A DNA stretch of 64,000 nucleotides from Heterodontus francisci. Its lineage: Eukaryota. Positions 38,944 to 51,594 of this stretch are shown here, in pieces. The notes below the pieces were generated by a model. It was not told the origin of the DNA. It did no database searches and saw only the letters and a program-made list of their open reading frames with translations. The DNA is taken from contig NC_090405.1 of the NCBI RefSeq assembly GCF_036365525.1, positions 48,322,508-48,386,507 of the forward strand, read 5' to 3'. Positions within the stretch are counted from its first letter, which is position 1, and each line of letters opens with the position of its first letter. Made by a program: the position numbers and the translations under genes.

Positions 38944-39254
38944 AATGGTGCAACTAATTGGATAGCTCTTTCAAAGAGTCAGTACAAGCACAATGAGATG
39001 AATGACCGCCTTCTTGGCTGTGTAATTCTATGTGTATTGTATAAAAATACAATGCATAACATAAATCCCATTTTTGTACTTCAGAGAGGATATGATAGAT
39101 TGATTATTCACGAATATCTAGTTTGAATGAAACTAGCCCACAATCTACACATCATTATGGATCTAAAATCCTTCCGACCATTTTTCATTTTATTTATCTA
39201 ACAGGACGTAAACTGAATACAAGCTGCCACAAAGCATGACTGACATTCCATTGT

Positions 39255-40224
39255 CTTACATAAGAACTAGGGGCAGGAGTAGGCAATTCAGCCCCTCGAG
39301 CCTGCTCCGCCATTCAATAGGATCATGGCTGATCTCATCTCGGCCTCAACTCCACTTTCCTGCCCGTTCTCCATAACCCTTCAACCCATTACTAACTAAA
39401 AATCTGTCTATCTCCTCCTTAAATTTACTCACGTGTCCCGGCATCCACCGTACTCTGGGGTAATGAATTCCACAGATTCACGACCCTTTGAGAGAAGTAA
39501 TTTCTCCTCATCTCTGTTTTAAATCTGCTACCCTTTATCCTAGAACTATGACCTCTCGCTCTAGATTGCCCCACCAGAGGAAACATCCTCTCTATGTCGA
39601 CTTTGTCAATCCCCTGAATCATCTTACATATTTCAATTAGATCTCCTCTCATTCTTCTAAACTCGAGAGAGTAAAGGCCTAAACTGCTCAATCTCTCTTC
39701 ATAAGACAAACCCCTCATCTCTGGAATCAATCTACTGAACCTCCTCTGAACTGCCTCCAATGCAACTACATCCCTCCTCAAGTAAGGGGACCAAAACTGT
39801 ACACAATACTCCAGGTGCGGTCTCACTAATGCCTTGTACAGTTGCAGCAACACTTCCCTACTTTTATACTCTATTCCTTTAGCAATAAATGCCAAAATTC
39901 CATTTGCCTTCCTTATTACCTGCTGCACCTGCAGACTAGTTTTCTGCGATTCATGCACGAGGACACCCAGATCCCTCTGCACCGAAGCACTCGGAAGTTT
40001 CTCTCCATTTAGATAATAATTTGCCTTTCTATTCTTCTGATCAAAATGGATAACCTCACACTTTTCCGCGTTAAACTCCATCAGCCAAATGTTGGCCCAG
40101 TCACCTAACCTATCCATATTCAATTGTAAATTTCTTATTTCTTTATTGCAACTTACTATCCCACTTATTTTAGTGTGTCATCTGCAAATTTGGCTGTAGT
40201 ACCTTCTATCCCTGCATCCAAGTC
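39255..40224 (-). mobile_element. CR1 LINE 3' fragment
   Basis: ORF 39425-40123 with RPHLEY; typical 3' UTR. Confidence 0.92.
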
Positions 40225-40639
40225 TTGATGCTGAACAGGTACCAGCTCACTTGTAACCTATAAATGAGGTCTTCCAGGCCTTTGTGTACTCTTGGTTCAC
40301 TGAATTTTAAATTCTAGCAGCATACACTAAAGGTCAAGAAGTCAATCCCCGAAGCGAATTTGGAATAATTACCTTAAACCTACAGACCCTTCTCTTAACT
40401 ATTATTCCAAGATTCCAAGAATATAGTAACCAGCTTGAGAGCACAAATCTATATGTACTTCCTTGGACCAAACACTGTGCAGATTAATTCAGACCAGTGT
40501 TTACATGCAAAATAAAACAGAAATACTAGAGTACTCCAAAAAAGGCAACCAGATGCAAGCATACAAGAAAGTATATAGTGATATGGATCCTTCTGCAGAC
40601 CATCTACAATCAATCGATCCTATTGTAGACTCTATAACC

Positions 40640-41905
40640 TTAGGAAGGATATTTTCGCCATAGAAGGAGTGCAACGAATGTTCACCAGACTTGCTCCCGG
40701 GATGGCGGGACTGTCCTATGAAGAGAGATTGGGAAAACTGGGCCTGTATTCTCTACAGTTTCGAAGAATGAGAGGTGATCTCATTGAAACCTACAAAATA
40801 CTTGAAGGGATAGACAGGTTAAGGGATAAAGGCCAAAATACCATTAGCCTTCCTAACTGCTTGCTGCACCAGCATGTCAGCCTTCAGCGACCTACTGACA
40901 AGGACACCCAGGTCCCTTTGGACATCTACACTTCCTAATCTCTTACCATTTAAGAAATACTCTGCATATCTATTCCTCCTACCAAAGTGGATAACCTCAC
41001 ATTTTTTCATATTACATTCCATCTGCCACGTTCTTGCCCACTCACTAAGTCTGCCCAAATCCCCTTGAAGCCGCTTTGCATCTTCCTCACAACACACATT
41101 CCTGCCTAGTCTTGTGTCATCCGCAAACTTGGAAATACTATATTTGGTCCCCACAAACAAATCATTGATATATATTGTGAACAACAGGGGCCCAAGCACT
41201 GATCCCTGTGCTACCCCACTACTCACAGCCTGCCAATGCGAGAATGACCCTACTCTCTGTTTTCTGCCTATTAACCAATCCTTAATCCATGCCAGTATAT
41301 TACCTCATATCCCACATGCTTTAATTTTGCTAACCAATCTCCTGCAGGGGGCTTTATCAAAAGCCTTCAGACAATCCAAAGAGACTCCAACAGGTTCGTC
41401 AAACATGATTTCCCATTCATAAATCCATGTTGACTATGCCCAATCAGATCATTATTATCCAAGTGTCCATAATTCCCTGTTTTCTCTCTCCCTCACTTCT
41501 TAAATAGTGGGGTGACATTTGCAACCTTCCAATCTGCAGGAACTGTTCCAGAATCTATCGAATTTTGGAAGATGATCACCAATGCATCCACTATCCCCAC
41601 AGCTACCTCTTTCAACACTCAGGGATGTAGAATATCAGGCTCTGGGGACTTAACCTTCAGCCCCATTAATTTCTCCAATAAAACCTTCTTACTAATACTA
41701 ATTTCCTTCAATTCCTCATTCCCCCTAATCCCTTGGATCTTTAATTCTGGGAGACTTCTTGCACCTTCCTCAGTGAAGACAGACACAAAGTAATCATTTA
41801 GCTTATCTGCCATTTCTCTATTCCCCATTATAAATTCTCCTGACTCTGCCTGTAATGGACTCACATTTGTCTTAGCCAAACGTTTCCTATTAATGTACCT
41901 GTAGA
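40640..41905 (-). mobile_element. CR1 fragment with an inverted segment (40640-40818 on the plus strand)
   Basis: Minus-strand RT 40819-41905 abuts a plus-strand downstream RT segment. Confidence 0.85.
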
Positions 41906-42614
41906 TAGGTCAACAGATTGAAGGTAATGAGTCCAAAAACAGTTCAGGGACTCACTTCTTGACCTTTAATGTATGCCGTTACGATTTAAAATTCAGAGAA
42001 CTAAGAGTACTCAATAGCCCGAAAGTCCTAATTTATAGGCTACAAGTGAGCTGGTACCTGTTCACCATCATGACAATGGAAAATCAGTCATGCTTTGTGT
42101 CTGGCAGCTTGTACTCAGTTTATGTCCTATTAGATAAATGAAAAATGGTCCAAAGAAAATAGCGCTTATGGATCTTTTATGCATACCTGAAAAGGGCAGA
42201 GGATCCTTTATTTAACATCCCATCTGAAAGATGACACCTCCGGCAGTGCAGCATTCCCTCAGTACTGCACCCAGAGTGTCAGCCTTGATTTTTGTGCTCA
42301 AGTATCTGGTGTGGGACTTGAACCCACAATTTTCTGACTCAAGAGGAGAGAATGTAACCAAGTGACACCTTAACATTTGCAATATTGGAAAGATTAACAT
42401 TACGAAAACTGCATGGTATGTGATGCAGCTTATCTGCAACTCTGCAAGGGTGCTGCTATGACCTTTAAAAAGACACAGGCCGTCCTCATTCATCCCGAGT
42501 AACCCCGACCAAACACATCGGCCTACAGTTACCTCAGTGCCGCAAAAGATCCTCACTTGGTATCGCCCTGCCCGCCATTTACTTAAATTGAACCGAATTG
42601 AAAATTCCACTTAC

Positions 42615-42630
42615 CCTTCACCACCGCCAT
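42615..42630 (-). CDS. MPI: MPI exon 1 (MAVVK+G)
   Basis: gtgATGG start; 16 coding nt then gtaagt; phase 1 joins exon 2; CpG-rich context. Confidence 0.85.
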
Positions 42631-42740
42631 CACCCCTCTCAGCTGGACGTACGCCTGCGTTTGACGTCTTCACCATTACGCAAACACCACGTGATGCGCG
42701 TGGCCGCGGTGCCTGTTGGGAGCTGTAGTTTTTTTGTATG
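42631..42740 (-). promoter_or_regulatory. MPI promoter: ZNF143/THAP11-type ACTACAnnTCCCA motif (42717-42729), E-box CACGTG (42688-42693), CRE-like TGACGTC (42662-42668)
   Basis: Motif matches immediately upstream of the MPI ATG in a CpG-rich patch. Confidence 0.65.
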
Positions 42741-43639
42741 TGGGGCCAGTTCTGGATGAAATTGCAGTGTGAATTGATATGCAGTGTTGTTGGTTCTTTC
42801 ATATCAGATTCTTTGGAGTGGAAACCCTCTATAAATATCCATGAACAATAGATTTTTCATTTATCCCACCTAATTTTGTATTGTTGAAAGAAACATTTAA
42901 GTTTAGTATAAAAACAAAAAATGCTGGAAATACTCAGCAGGTCTGGCAGCATCTGTGGAGAGAGAAGCAGAGTTAACGTTTCAGGTCAGTGACCCTTCCA
43001 TAGTGCTGTCATCATCCAAGGCCCCAAACACTCCTTCCAGGTGAAGCAGCAATTTACTTGTACCTCTTTCAATTTAGTATACTGTATTCGCTGCCAACAG
43101 TGTGGTTGCCTCTATATTGGGGTAACCGCTTTGCAGAACACCAAAAGTATGACCCCGAGCTTCCGGTTGCTTGTCATTTCAACAACCACCCCCCAACACC
43201 CCCACCGGCTCTCATACCCACATTTCTGCCTTGGCCTGCTGCAGTGTTCCAGTGAACATCAACGCAAGCTCGAGGAGCAGCACCTGATCTTTCGATTAGG
43301 CACTCTACAACCTTGCGGACTCAACCTCGAGTTCAACAAATTCAGAGCATGACTGGCCTCTTTTTAGATTTTTTTATTTTTTATTTTATTTTGTTTTTTA
43401 ACAATGTGCCTGTTTTTGTGTAGACAAAGCTGCTCATTATTCGCAATTAATACTGTCTCTGGACTAATGCATTGTCTTTCACCACAAGCATTAACACACT
43501 CTTTGCCTTTGTCTCAGGAGAGCTTTGTTATTCAATCTTTCCAGCCCTCTGCCCTATCACACACCTCCCCCTTTGTTCTCTTCCCCACCTCCCTACCCCC
43601 TTCACTTGTTTAAAACCCAATTCTTTTCTAACCTTTGCT

Positions 43640-43675
43640 GGTTCTGATGAAAGGTCACAGACCTGAAACGTTAAT
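43640..43675 (+). ncRNA. Hammerhead motif, family A, abutting the Tx1 insertion
   Basis: GGTT-CTGATGA-a-AGGTC-aca-GACCT-GAAA-CG-TT-AAT. Confidence 0.7.
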
Positions 43676-43680
43676 GCTGC

Positions 43681-46309
43681 CTCGCTGTTTGCCACGGAGG
43701 CCTCCAAGATCATCTTCCGGTCCAGAGTCCGCTCCATTGAGCAGGACGAGATGTGCTCGCGTTACTTCTCCAAAAGGTACACACAGAGAGCTCTGTTATC
43801 AGCAGCCTGAAGGAAGAGGATGGCTTGGTAATGTCTTCGCAGTCCGACATACTAAGGATCGGCAAATCCTTTTATGCTGGGCTGTATGAAGTGAAGCCCA
43901 CAGACAGCAGAGCCTCCCAGTCCTTCCTGTCATCTATCACAGAGGTCTTAGATGACAGCATGAGGGAGAGACTGGACATGCCGCTAACTCTGGATGAGCT
44001 GACAAAGGCTGTCAAGTCCTTCGAGACGAGTAAAACTCCCGGAAGCGATGGCTTACCAGTTGAGTTGTACTCGGCCCTGTGGGACTGGGTCGGCCCGGAC
44101 CTGCTGGAAGTATACGAGAGTATGCTTCTGGCCGGCAGCATGCCAGAATCCATGAGGAAAGGCATCATCACCCTCATTTACAAGCGGAAGGGGGAGAGGG
44201 CAGAAATCAGAAATTGGCGGCCCATCTCACTGCTTAATGCTGACTACAGATTCTGTCAAAAGTCATAGCCAGTCGAGGCAAGTCTGCTCTAGAGTTTGTG
44301 ATTCACCCTGATCAGACCTGTACTATACCAGGCAGGAAGATCTCTGATAGTCTTGCGCTACTCAGGGATACGATTGCCTATGTACAGGACAGGAGGGTGG
44401 ACACCTGCCTCATCAGCTTGGACCAGGAAAAGGCTTTTGACAGGATATCGCACACCTACATGATGGACGTGCTTTCTAAAATGGGGTTTGGGGAGGGAAT
44501 CTGCAATTGGATCAAACTGCTCTACACAAACATCAGTAGTGCAGTCTCAATCAATGGGCGGGAGTCAGAAAGTTTCCCGATCCAATCTGGAGTCAGACAG
44601 GGCTGTCCTCTCTCCCCTGTCTTGTTTGTTTGTTGTATTGAACCCTTTGCTGAGTCTATTAGGAAGGATGCGAGCATGAGGGGTGACGATCCCAGGCAGC
44701 GGAGGCACTCAGGTTAAAGCCTCCCTGTACATGGATGACGTCGCCGTCTTCTGCTCAAATCCGCTGTCCGTTCGCAGACTGATGAGCATCTGCGACCAGT
44801 TCAAACTGGCCTCGGGAGCCAAAGTTAACCACAGCAAGAGCGAGGCCATGTTCTTTGGGAACTGGGCTGACCGATCCTTTGTCCCCTTCACCGTCAGGCC
44901 AGACTACTTGAAGGTGCTGGGGATATGGTTCGGAAGGGCCGGGGTGTGCACCAAAACCTGGAAGGAGCAAGTCGCCAGGGTACAACACAAGCTGAGCATG
45001 TGGGAACAGCGATCTCTCTCCATTGTGGGTAAGAACCTGGTCATCAGGTGCGAGGCACTCACGTAGTTGCTGTACGTGGCGCAGGTCTGGCCCATACCCC
45101 ACTCCTGCGATGTGGCGGTCACCCGAGCCATTTTCCGCTTCATCTGGGGATCCAAAATGGACCGGATCTGGAGGGACACGATGTTCAAACTCTGGATAAG
45201 GGCGGGAAAAATGTACCCAACGTCACCCTCATCCTGATGACCACCTTCATGTGCGGCTGCATCAAGGTGTGTGTAGACCACCAGTATGCAAACTCCAAGT
45301 GTCACTATGTGCTGAGGTTCTGTCTGTCCCTGGTGTTGTGAAGGATGGGCCTGGTCACATTGCCGCGGAACGCTCCATCCAGTTGGACTCTGCTGTACCA
45401 GCTATCCTTTGTGGAAAAGTTTCTGTGGAAAAACACCCTTGACCACCAATCCATCAGGCAGTGGTCTGCACAGAATATCCTCAAGGTCCTATGGGAAAAA
45501 GAGATGGTGGATCCTGTAGGATGGTTCCCCGAGCAGACCGCCAAAGTCATTTGGCAGAATGCATCATCACCAGAACTTTCAAACAAGCACCAAGATGTAG
45601 CTTGGCTGGTGGTGAGAAGAGCCCTCCCTGTCAGATCCTTCCTGCATGCCCGAAGTCTTACCCCCTCCGCACAATGCCCTCAAGGTGGCAGTGGTGGGGA
45701 AGAGATAGTTGCCCACCTCCTTCTGGAATGTGCCTTTGCAAAGCAGGTGTGGAAAGAGATGCAGTGTTTTTTGTCGAGGTTCATCCCAAGCAGCTCTGTA
45801 ACACAGGAGTCTGTGCTGTACGGGCTGTTCCCAGGGACGCACACCGAGATAAACATCAACTGCTGCTGGAGGACTATCAATTTGGTGAAAGACGCCCTTT
45901 GGTCTGCCCGAAACTTGCTGGTCTTCCAGCGCAGAGAGTTGTCCACGACCGAATGTTGCAGACTGGCACATTCCAAGATCCAGGACTACGTGCTGAGGGA
46001 CGCACTAAAGCTTGGGGCAGCCGCAGCAAAGGCTCAATGGGGAAAGACCACTGTGTAAGGTCCCCCCATCAAGCTGAACTGAGGGGCTGGATCCATGGAA
46101 AACCCCTCAAAGTGTATCCGGAAAATCCTTGTTTGCTGTAAAATGTATATGGCAGGAAAAATGAAATGGTGAGGCAACTCATTGATCCTGTATTGAAGGA
46201 AACTGATCTCCTTTGCACTGTTTGTATTTTTTGACTTTGTGCTGTTGGAACTGTTTTGTAATGTATTTTTTACAGATTTTTATGAATAAAGTATATTTTG
46301 GAAAAAGAA
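43681..46309 (+). mobile_element. 5'-truncated Tx1/L1-clade LINE (ORF2 RT + C-terminal Cys/His region)
   Basis: KTPGSDGLP, NWRPISLLNADY, DQEKAFD, GVRQGCPLSP, YMDD, HLLLEC motifs; AATAAA at ~46285 and A tail; GCTGC TSD (43676-43680, 46310-46314). Confidence 0.92.
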
Positions 46310-46539
46310 GCTGCTTCTCTCTCCACAGATGCTGCCTGACCTGCTGAGCATTTCCAGCACTTTCTGTTTTTATTTCAGATTTCCAGCATCCGCAGTATTT
46401 TGCTTTTATTATAGGAATATGTAGGATCCTTGATAGTGCTGAGGGAGGTAAACGGACAGGTCCGCATCTGATCATTCCAACTGCCCGCAGTGCAACTTGA
46501 ACGTGCGGCAAACTTTCAGCGAACTTTTCCAAACTTCCA

Positions 46540-46801
46540 CCAGCGCAAACTTCTCTTCTGCCGTGGTGGCGTGCCGGATAGCAGGCCGGCGGTGACGTCA
46601 CTGCACTTGAGCCACGCCTCTTCACTCTGTGACGTCACAATTGGGGGTGGCTGGCAACGGCGAGCTGTTATTCGCGCGTGCGCAGTTCTACTCTCCTCCA
46701 GTCGGTTGGCAGAAGGAAGTGAGCGCGAGCGGCTGACGGAGGGGGGGTGGGAAAGTGAAGCCGTTTATATACTTTTTTTTAAAAAGGGGTATATTATAAA
46801 T
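46540..46801 (+). promoter_or_regulatory. SCAMP2 promoter/5'UTR with two perfect CRE palindromes (TGACGTCA at 46593-46600 and 46630-46637)
   Basis: Both lie within a 10-bp palindrome GTGACGTCAC; CpG-rich; CCAAT and GC boxes follow at ~46985-47060. Confidence 0.7.
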
Positions 46802-46858
46802 ATGTCGGAATTTGATGCTAACCCGTTCGCGGATCCGGTGGATATAAATCCGTTTCAG
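46802..46858 (+). CDS. SCAMP2: SCAMP2 exon 1 (MSEFDANPFADPVDINPFQ)
   Basis: 57 nt, CAG|gtaaaa; two NPF motifs; near-identical to the SCAMP2 N-terminus; head-to-head with MPI. Confidence 0.95.
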
Positions 46859-47885
46859 GTAAAACCAAAGAATGCAAGTTGTCTTTAATTTGGTAGTTGG
46901 GGGAGGGGGAAGAGTAAACAAATATTTTGGGTGGGCCCCAAACACTGAGGTGAATTCTTAAGTGAGCCTAACTTGTTGAGCGGCTGATTGACGCGCCGAG
47001 CGACCAATTGGATAGCCAGGGCGTCCCTTCTCCGCCATTCAGCGCCCAGTAGGGGCGGGGACAAAGCGACGGGTCCCTCAAGTTCGGTTGCCGCCGCGCG
47101 GTAACTGCTTCTGTCTGTTCGCCCTTAACTTGTGCCCCAACACCGAAAGTCACTGGAAAATGCCGCAGCAACTCCGACTCACTTTTTTAAAAAAATCTGG
47201 AAAACATTTGTTAGTTTCAGTGACTTATCTGTCTGACAGGGTTGGGTCAGGGTTTTGCTGGCAGCAGGTGCAACTCATTCCTTAGGAAAGGTCATCATAT
47301 CACGAGCTATAGCCCACACCCATCTCAATATTGTGGTTTTGTTTTAAATCCAGAATTAATCTCCAAAGGAAACTCTTAAGCATCAGCTGTCTCAATTGGT
47401 TTATCAGACTTATTTTTTTATTTATCACATGAATGGACTTTACAGCTCAGTAACAGGCTATTTGGTCCAACTGGTTCTTCCTAGTGTTTTTCCTCCAATG
47501 CAAATCGTCTAACCCTATCAGCATATCCTCCTATTGTTTTCTTCATGTACTTATCCAGCTTATCCTTAAATGACTCGATGCTGTTTCTCAAACGCACCAT
47601 TTGGTAGCAAGTTCCACTTTCTGGGTAAAGACGTTTCTCCTGAATTCCTTTATTGGATTTTTTTTAAAGTCACATATTCATGGTCTCTAGTTTTGGACTC
47701 GCCCTCAAGTGAAACCATCTACATCTACCTTTTTTAAAGCCTTCTGCTGGTCATCCCTCAGTCTTCTCCCTACTCAAGAAAAAAAGCCCCAGCCTTTTTA
47801 TGTCTTCCCTGACAGCAGAAATGCGGCATTTTAACTGTCATTCTTGTCAATCTTTTTTGCACCTTCTCCAGTGCCTCCGTATCTT

Positions 47886-48235
47886 TTTAGTTTAGTTTAG
47901 AGATACAGCACTGAAACAGGCCCTTCGGCCCACAGTTTGCGCCGACCATCAACCACCCATTTATACTAATCCTACACTAATCCCATATTCCTACCACATC
48001 CCCAACTGTCCCTATATTTCCCTACCACCTACCTATACTAGGAGCAATTTATAATGGCCAATTAACCTATCAACCTGCAAGTCTTTGGCATGTGGGAGGA
48101 AACCGGAGCACCCGGAGGAAACCCACGCAGACACAGGGAGAACTTGCAAACTCCACACAGGCAGTACCCAGAATTGAACCCGAGTCGCTGGAGCTGTGAG
48201 GCTGCAGTGCTAACCAGTGCGCCACTATGCCGCCC
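47886..48235 (-). mobile_element. HE1-type V-SINE
   Basis: Reverse copy with (CTAAA)n tail, inside a CR1 fragment (~47425-48350). Confidence 0.9.
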
Positions 48236-49282
48236 ACAGTAACATGGAGACCAGAATAGTCCACATTACTAAATGTGGTCTAAGTGAGATTCGATACAAG
48301 TTTAACATAACCCCTCTGCTTTTTTCAATACTATTCCTTTAGAAATGAACCCAATCGATGCATGTTTTACATTCATTAATGGCATTAGTATGCTGTTACT
48401 TTTAATGATTGTGAATGTATACTTCCTGTAAATAGTTTCTTTTAAATATGTAAACATTTATATTTATACTCTGGCGGAAAGTAAAGGGTCAGTGTTCTGG
48501 TGGGAGCCTAATTTTTGAGGTACTGTTAAAGGAAGAGTGGCAAGGTTGCATTTTTGTACGTGAGAGTCCTGCATAGTGAGTTCTTGACTTCAGTCAAACC
48601 TTTAGAATGTTTGCAAATTATATCTCCAAAAGACAGAAGAAAAATCTTTGATTTGAGCACTGCTCAAATTTTTATGTATTTCCTTTTATAGCTTATTTAG
48701 ATAGGAATTGGTGGAAACCTAGAAAGTTTATAATGTGTGGCAGACTGACCCATGTTCAGTATTCTAGCTGAAGGCTTTAGTTAATCTTTTAGCATCAGGA
48801 ATTAATGTGTGCAAGGATCCATTCTGGAATATCCTGACCAAGAATAGAATATTCTGCTTAGAAATAATCAAGGGAAAGAGCTGTTTAAATTGGAAAAAGG
48901 TAAACTATTAAACAGAAAATACTAGAGAAATTTAGTAGGTCAGGCAGTATCTCTGGAGAGAGAAATTAGTTAATGTTTAAGGTTGATTACGTTTCATCAA
49001 TTAAAATATCCAATTTGGTTCTGCAGAATTAAAACAAGAATTTGCCATCTTAATTTGAACAGTAGACTGTCAGTGTGACATTTATTATCCAGATGTCTTG
49101 TTATTACACTATAATGTTTCTGGGAAGGAAAGCTTGATGCAGCTGTGCATGTTGGAGACTGTAGGTAGGGATAGATTTGAAGTGTCCTTAGAACAAGCGT
49201 GCTGACGTCAGCAGAACTGAAAGTAGAGGCTGGCTGAGTTTTGATGGAGAAAAACGTCAGCAGTGTTGCAATAAGATAAAAA

Positions 49283-49630
49283 GGGCGGCGCAGTGGTTAG
49301 CACCGCAGCCTCACAGCTCCAGCGACCCGGGTTCAATTCTGGGTACTGCCTGTGTGGAGTTTGCAAGTTTTCCCTGTGTCTGCGTGGGTTTCCTCCGGGT
49401 GCTCCGGTTTCCTCCCACATGCCAAAGACTTGCAGGTTGATAGGTAAATTGGTCATTATAAATTGCCCCTAGTATAGGTAGGTGGTAGGGAAATATAGGG
49501 ACAGGTGGGGATGTGGTAGGAATATGGAATTAGTGTAGGATTAGTATAAATGGGTGGTTGATGGTCGGCACAGACTCGGGCCGAAGGGCCTGTTTCAGTG
49601 CTGTATCTCTAAATAAATAAAAAATAAATA
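49283..49630 (+). mobile_element. HE1-type V-SINE
   Basis: Full copy with (TAAA)n tail. Confidence 0.9.
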
Positions 49631-49937
49631 TTGTATGCAATTTACTAATTGAATGTGGGAGGGTAAAATTAGAAATATATTTTATGTATTTTTATGAATG
49701 GAGGCTGCACATTAGATAACGGTAAATAACCACTTGCGTGTCGCAGATCCTCATAACAGTTTTCAGCTTGGTGTGTGTTTGTTTAAAAAAAAACACTTTC
49801 TTTGTTCGCTTTTGTTGACTTACATTGTATGGCAACAACAACAACTTGCAGCTGTATAGCACCATTAATGTAGTATAACATCCCACAGAAACGTAATGAA
49901 ACAAAATTTGACACCAAGCCAAATAAGGAAATATTGG

Positions 49938-50038
49938 AATAAAAGCAAAATACTGCGGATGCTGGAACCACTCAGCAGGTCTGGCAGCATCTGTGGAAAG
50001 AAAAGTTAGAGTTAACGTTTCGGGTCAGTGACCCTTCA
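49938..50038 (-). repeat. PLE terminal fragment truncated within the hammerhead (older fragments at ~19326-19386, ~30842-30912, ~48910-49000)
   Basis: Matches the PLE tail/3' end. Confidence 0.75.
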
Positions 50039-51594
50039 ACAGGTGACCCAAAATAGGCATGAAGGCATCTAAAAGGAGAGAGGTGGAGAGGCTTACGAGA
50101 GAATTCCAGAGCCCATGGTCCAGGCAGCTGAAGGCAAAGTCACCAATAGTAGAGCAGTTAAAATCAGGGATGAGAGGCATAATTGGAGGAGCACAAAGAT
50201 CTTGGAAGGTTGTATGGCTGGAGGAGGTGACAAAGATGGGGGTGGGGGGAGCTTGGTGTACAGGCAAGGAAACCAGGATGGGAATTTTAAAATTGAGGTG
50301 TTGCCAGACTGGGTGCTAATATAGGTCAGTAAGCACAAGGTGATGGGTGAACAGGACTTGGTGAAAATTAGAATACAGGCAGCAGAGTTTTGGTTGAGTT
50401 CAAGTTAATGGAAGGTGGGAGGCCAGCTCAGCAGTGAGATGGATAGCAGTTTGGGACTACTGGCTTGGACTAGTGTGGCACATGACAGTGTTGATGGCTT
50501 CTTAGTTGGATTATAGGATGGCTTATTAAGCAAAAGTAGAATGAAAGAAAATTGGCCAGTCAAGCATGAAAATGAGGAGGAGACAGGTTAATAGAAAGAC
50601 ATTGCATGCGGAGTAGATTTATCAGGTTCCCAACTAAAACGATGTGCTATTGTGTCTGCAATTTTTCATTGCCCTACTTCACTTTGAATCAAGTGCCTGG
50701 AGTGTACAAATATTCTTTTTGGATTTAGTTGCAAATTTTCTAAGCTTTGGTGCATATCAAGTTCCTGTACATATTAACTCAAAGGTATGTGTGTTTATTT
50801 AATGTGATTTAAATTCCAACAATGCAGAAACAAAGTAATTGAAAATACAGCAATTTTGAATAATTATGGCAGGGTTGCAGTTGACTACCTCAATTCAGAT
50901 CCTTTCTAATGCAGCTTTGTTAAATTTTGCTCTCCATTTCAATTTCATTTTCAACAGATGTTGAAATCTGACTTTACATGCAAGTTAGTCAAACATACAA
51001 GTTTAACCGGTTAAATTCCATGTCTTTTAGTCACTTGAACTGGTTCTAGGTTTGGTGCCTTTACTTTATGTTGCAATCTGCGCCGATATCTTCCCTAAGA
51101 AGGCACTCAAATATACTATCTTAAGTACATTTTAAGGGTGGTTCCTTACCAGCCCTAGTGAATGTCCTGTTCTGCATCATTATTGACAAAAGAACAAACC
51201 TATCAAAGTGTGACTCTATGAAAGAATTAACTAACATTAGCTTTATTTTGATGTGACGCCCTATGTAGCTTAATTTTATTTTGCACTTACTTTCACCTCT
51301 TTCCTTTTCTCTACCTTTTTCTAGCTTTTTCAGTCAAATGTAACAACTCCTAAAGAAAAGAAAGACTTAATTTATATAGCTGTTTTCACGACCACCAGTC
51401 GTTTCAAAGCGCTCTACAACTAATGAAGTACTTTTGAAATGTAGCCACTGTTGTAATGTAGGAAATGCAGCAGCCAACTTTCACGCAGCAAGCTCCCATA
51501 AACAACAATGTGATAAATGGCCAGATAACCTGTTTTTGTGATGTTGATTGAGATTTAAATATTGGCCAGGACACCAATAGACCTCCCTGCATTT

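Larger units (their letters stand above)
42911..46410 (+). mobile_element. Truncated Penelope-like element with an inverted terminal copy (42911-42999), split by Tx1
   Basis: GIY-YIG remnant 43041-43352; hammerhead at 43640-43675; 3' end and tail resume at 46310-46410. Confidence 0.88.

Noticed and set aside
46490-46888. 132-aa ORF suggesting an N-terminally extended SCAMP2
   Set aside because: Starts at a non-ATG codon and runs through promoter motifs; homology begins at ATG 46802
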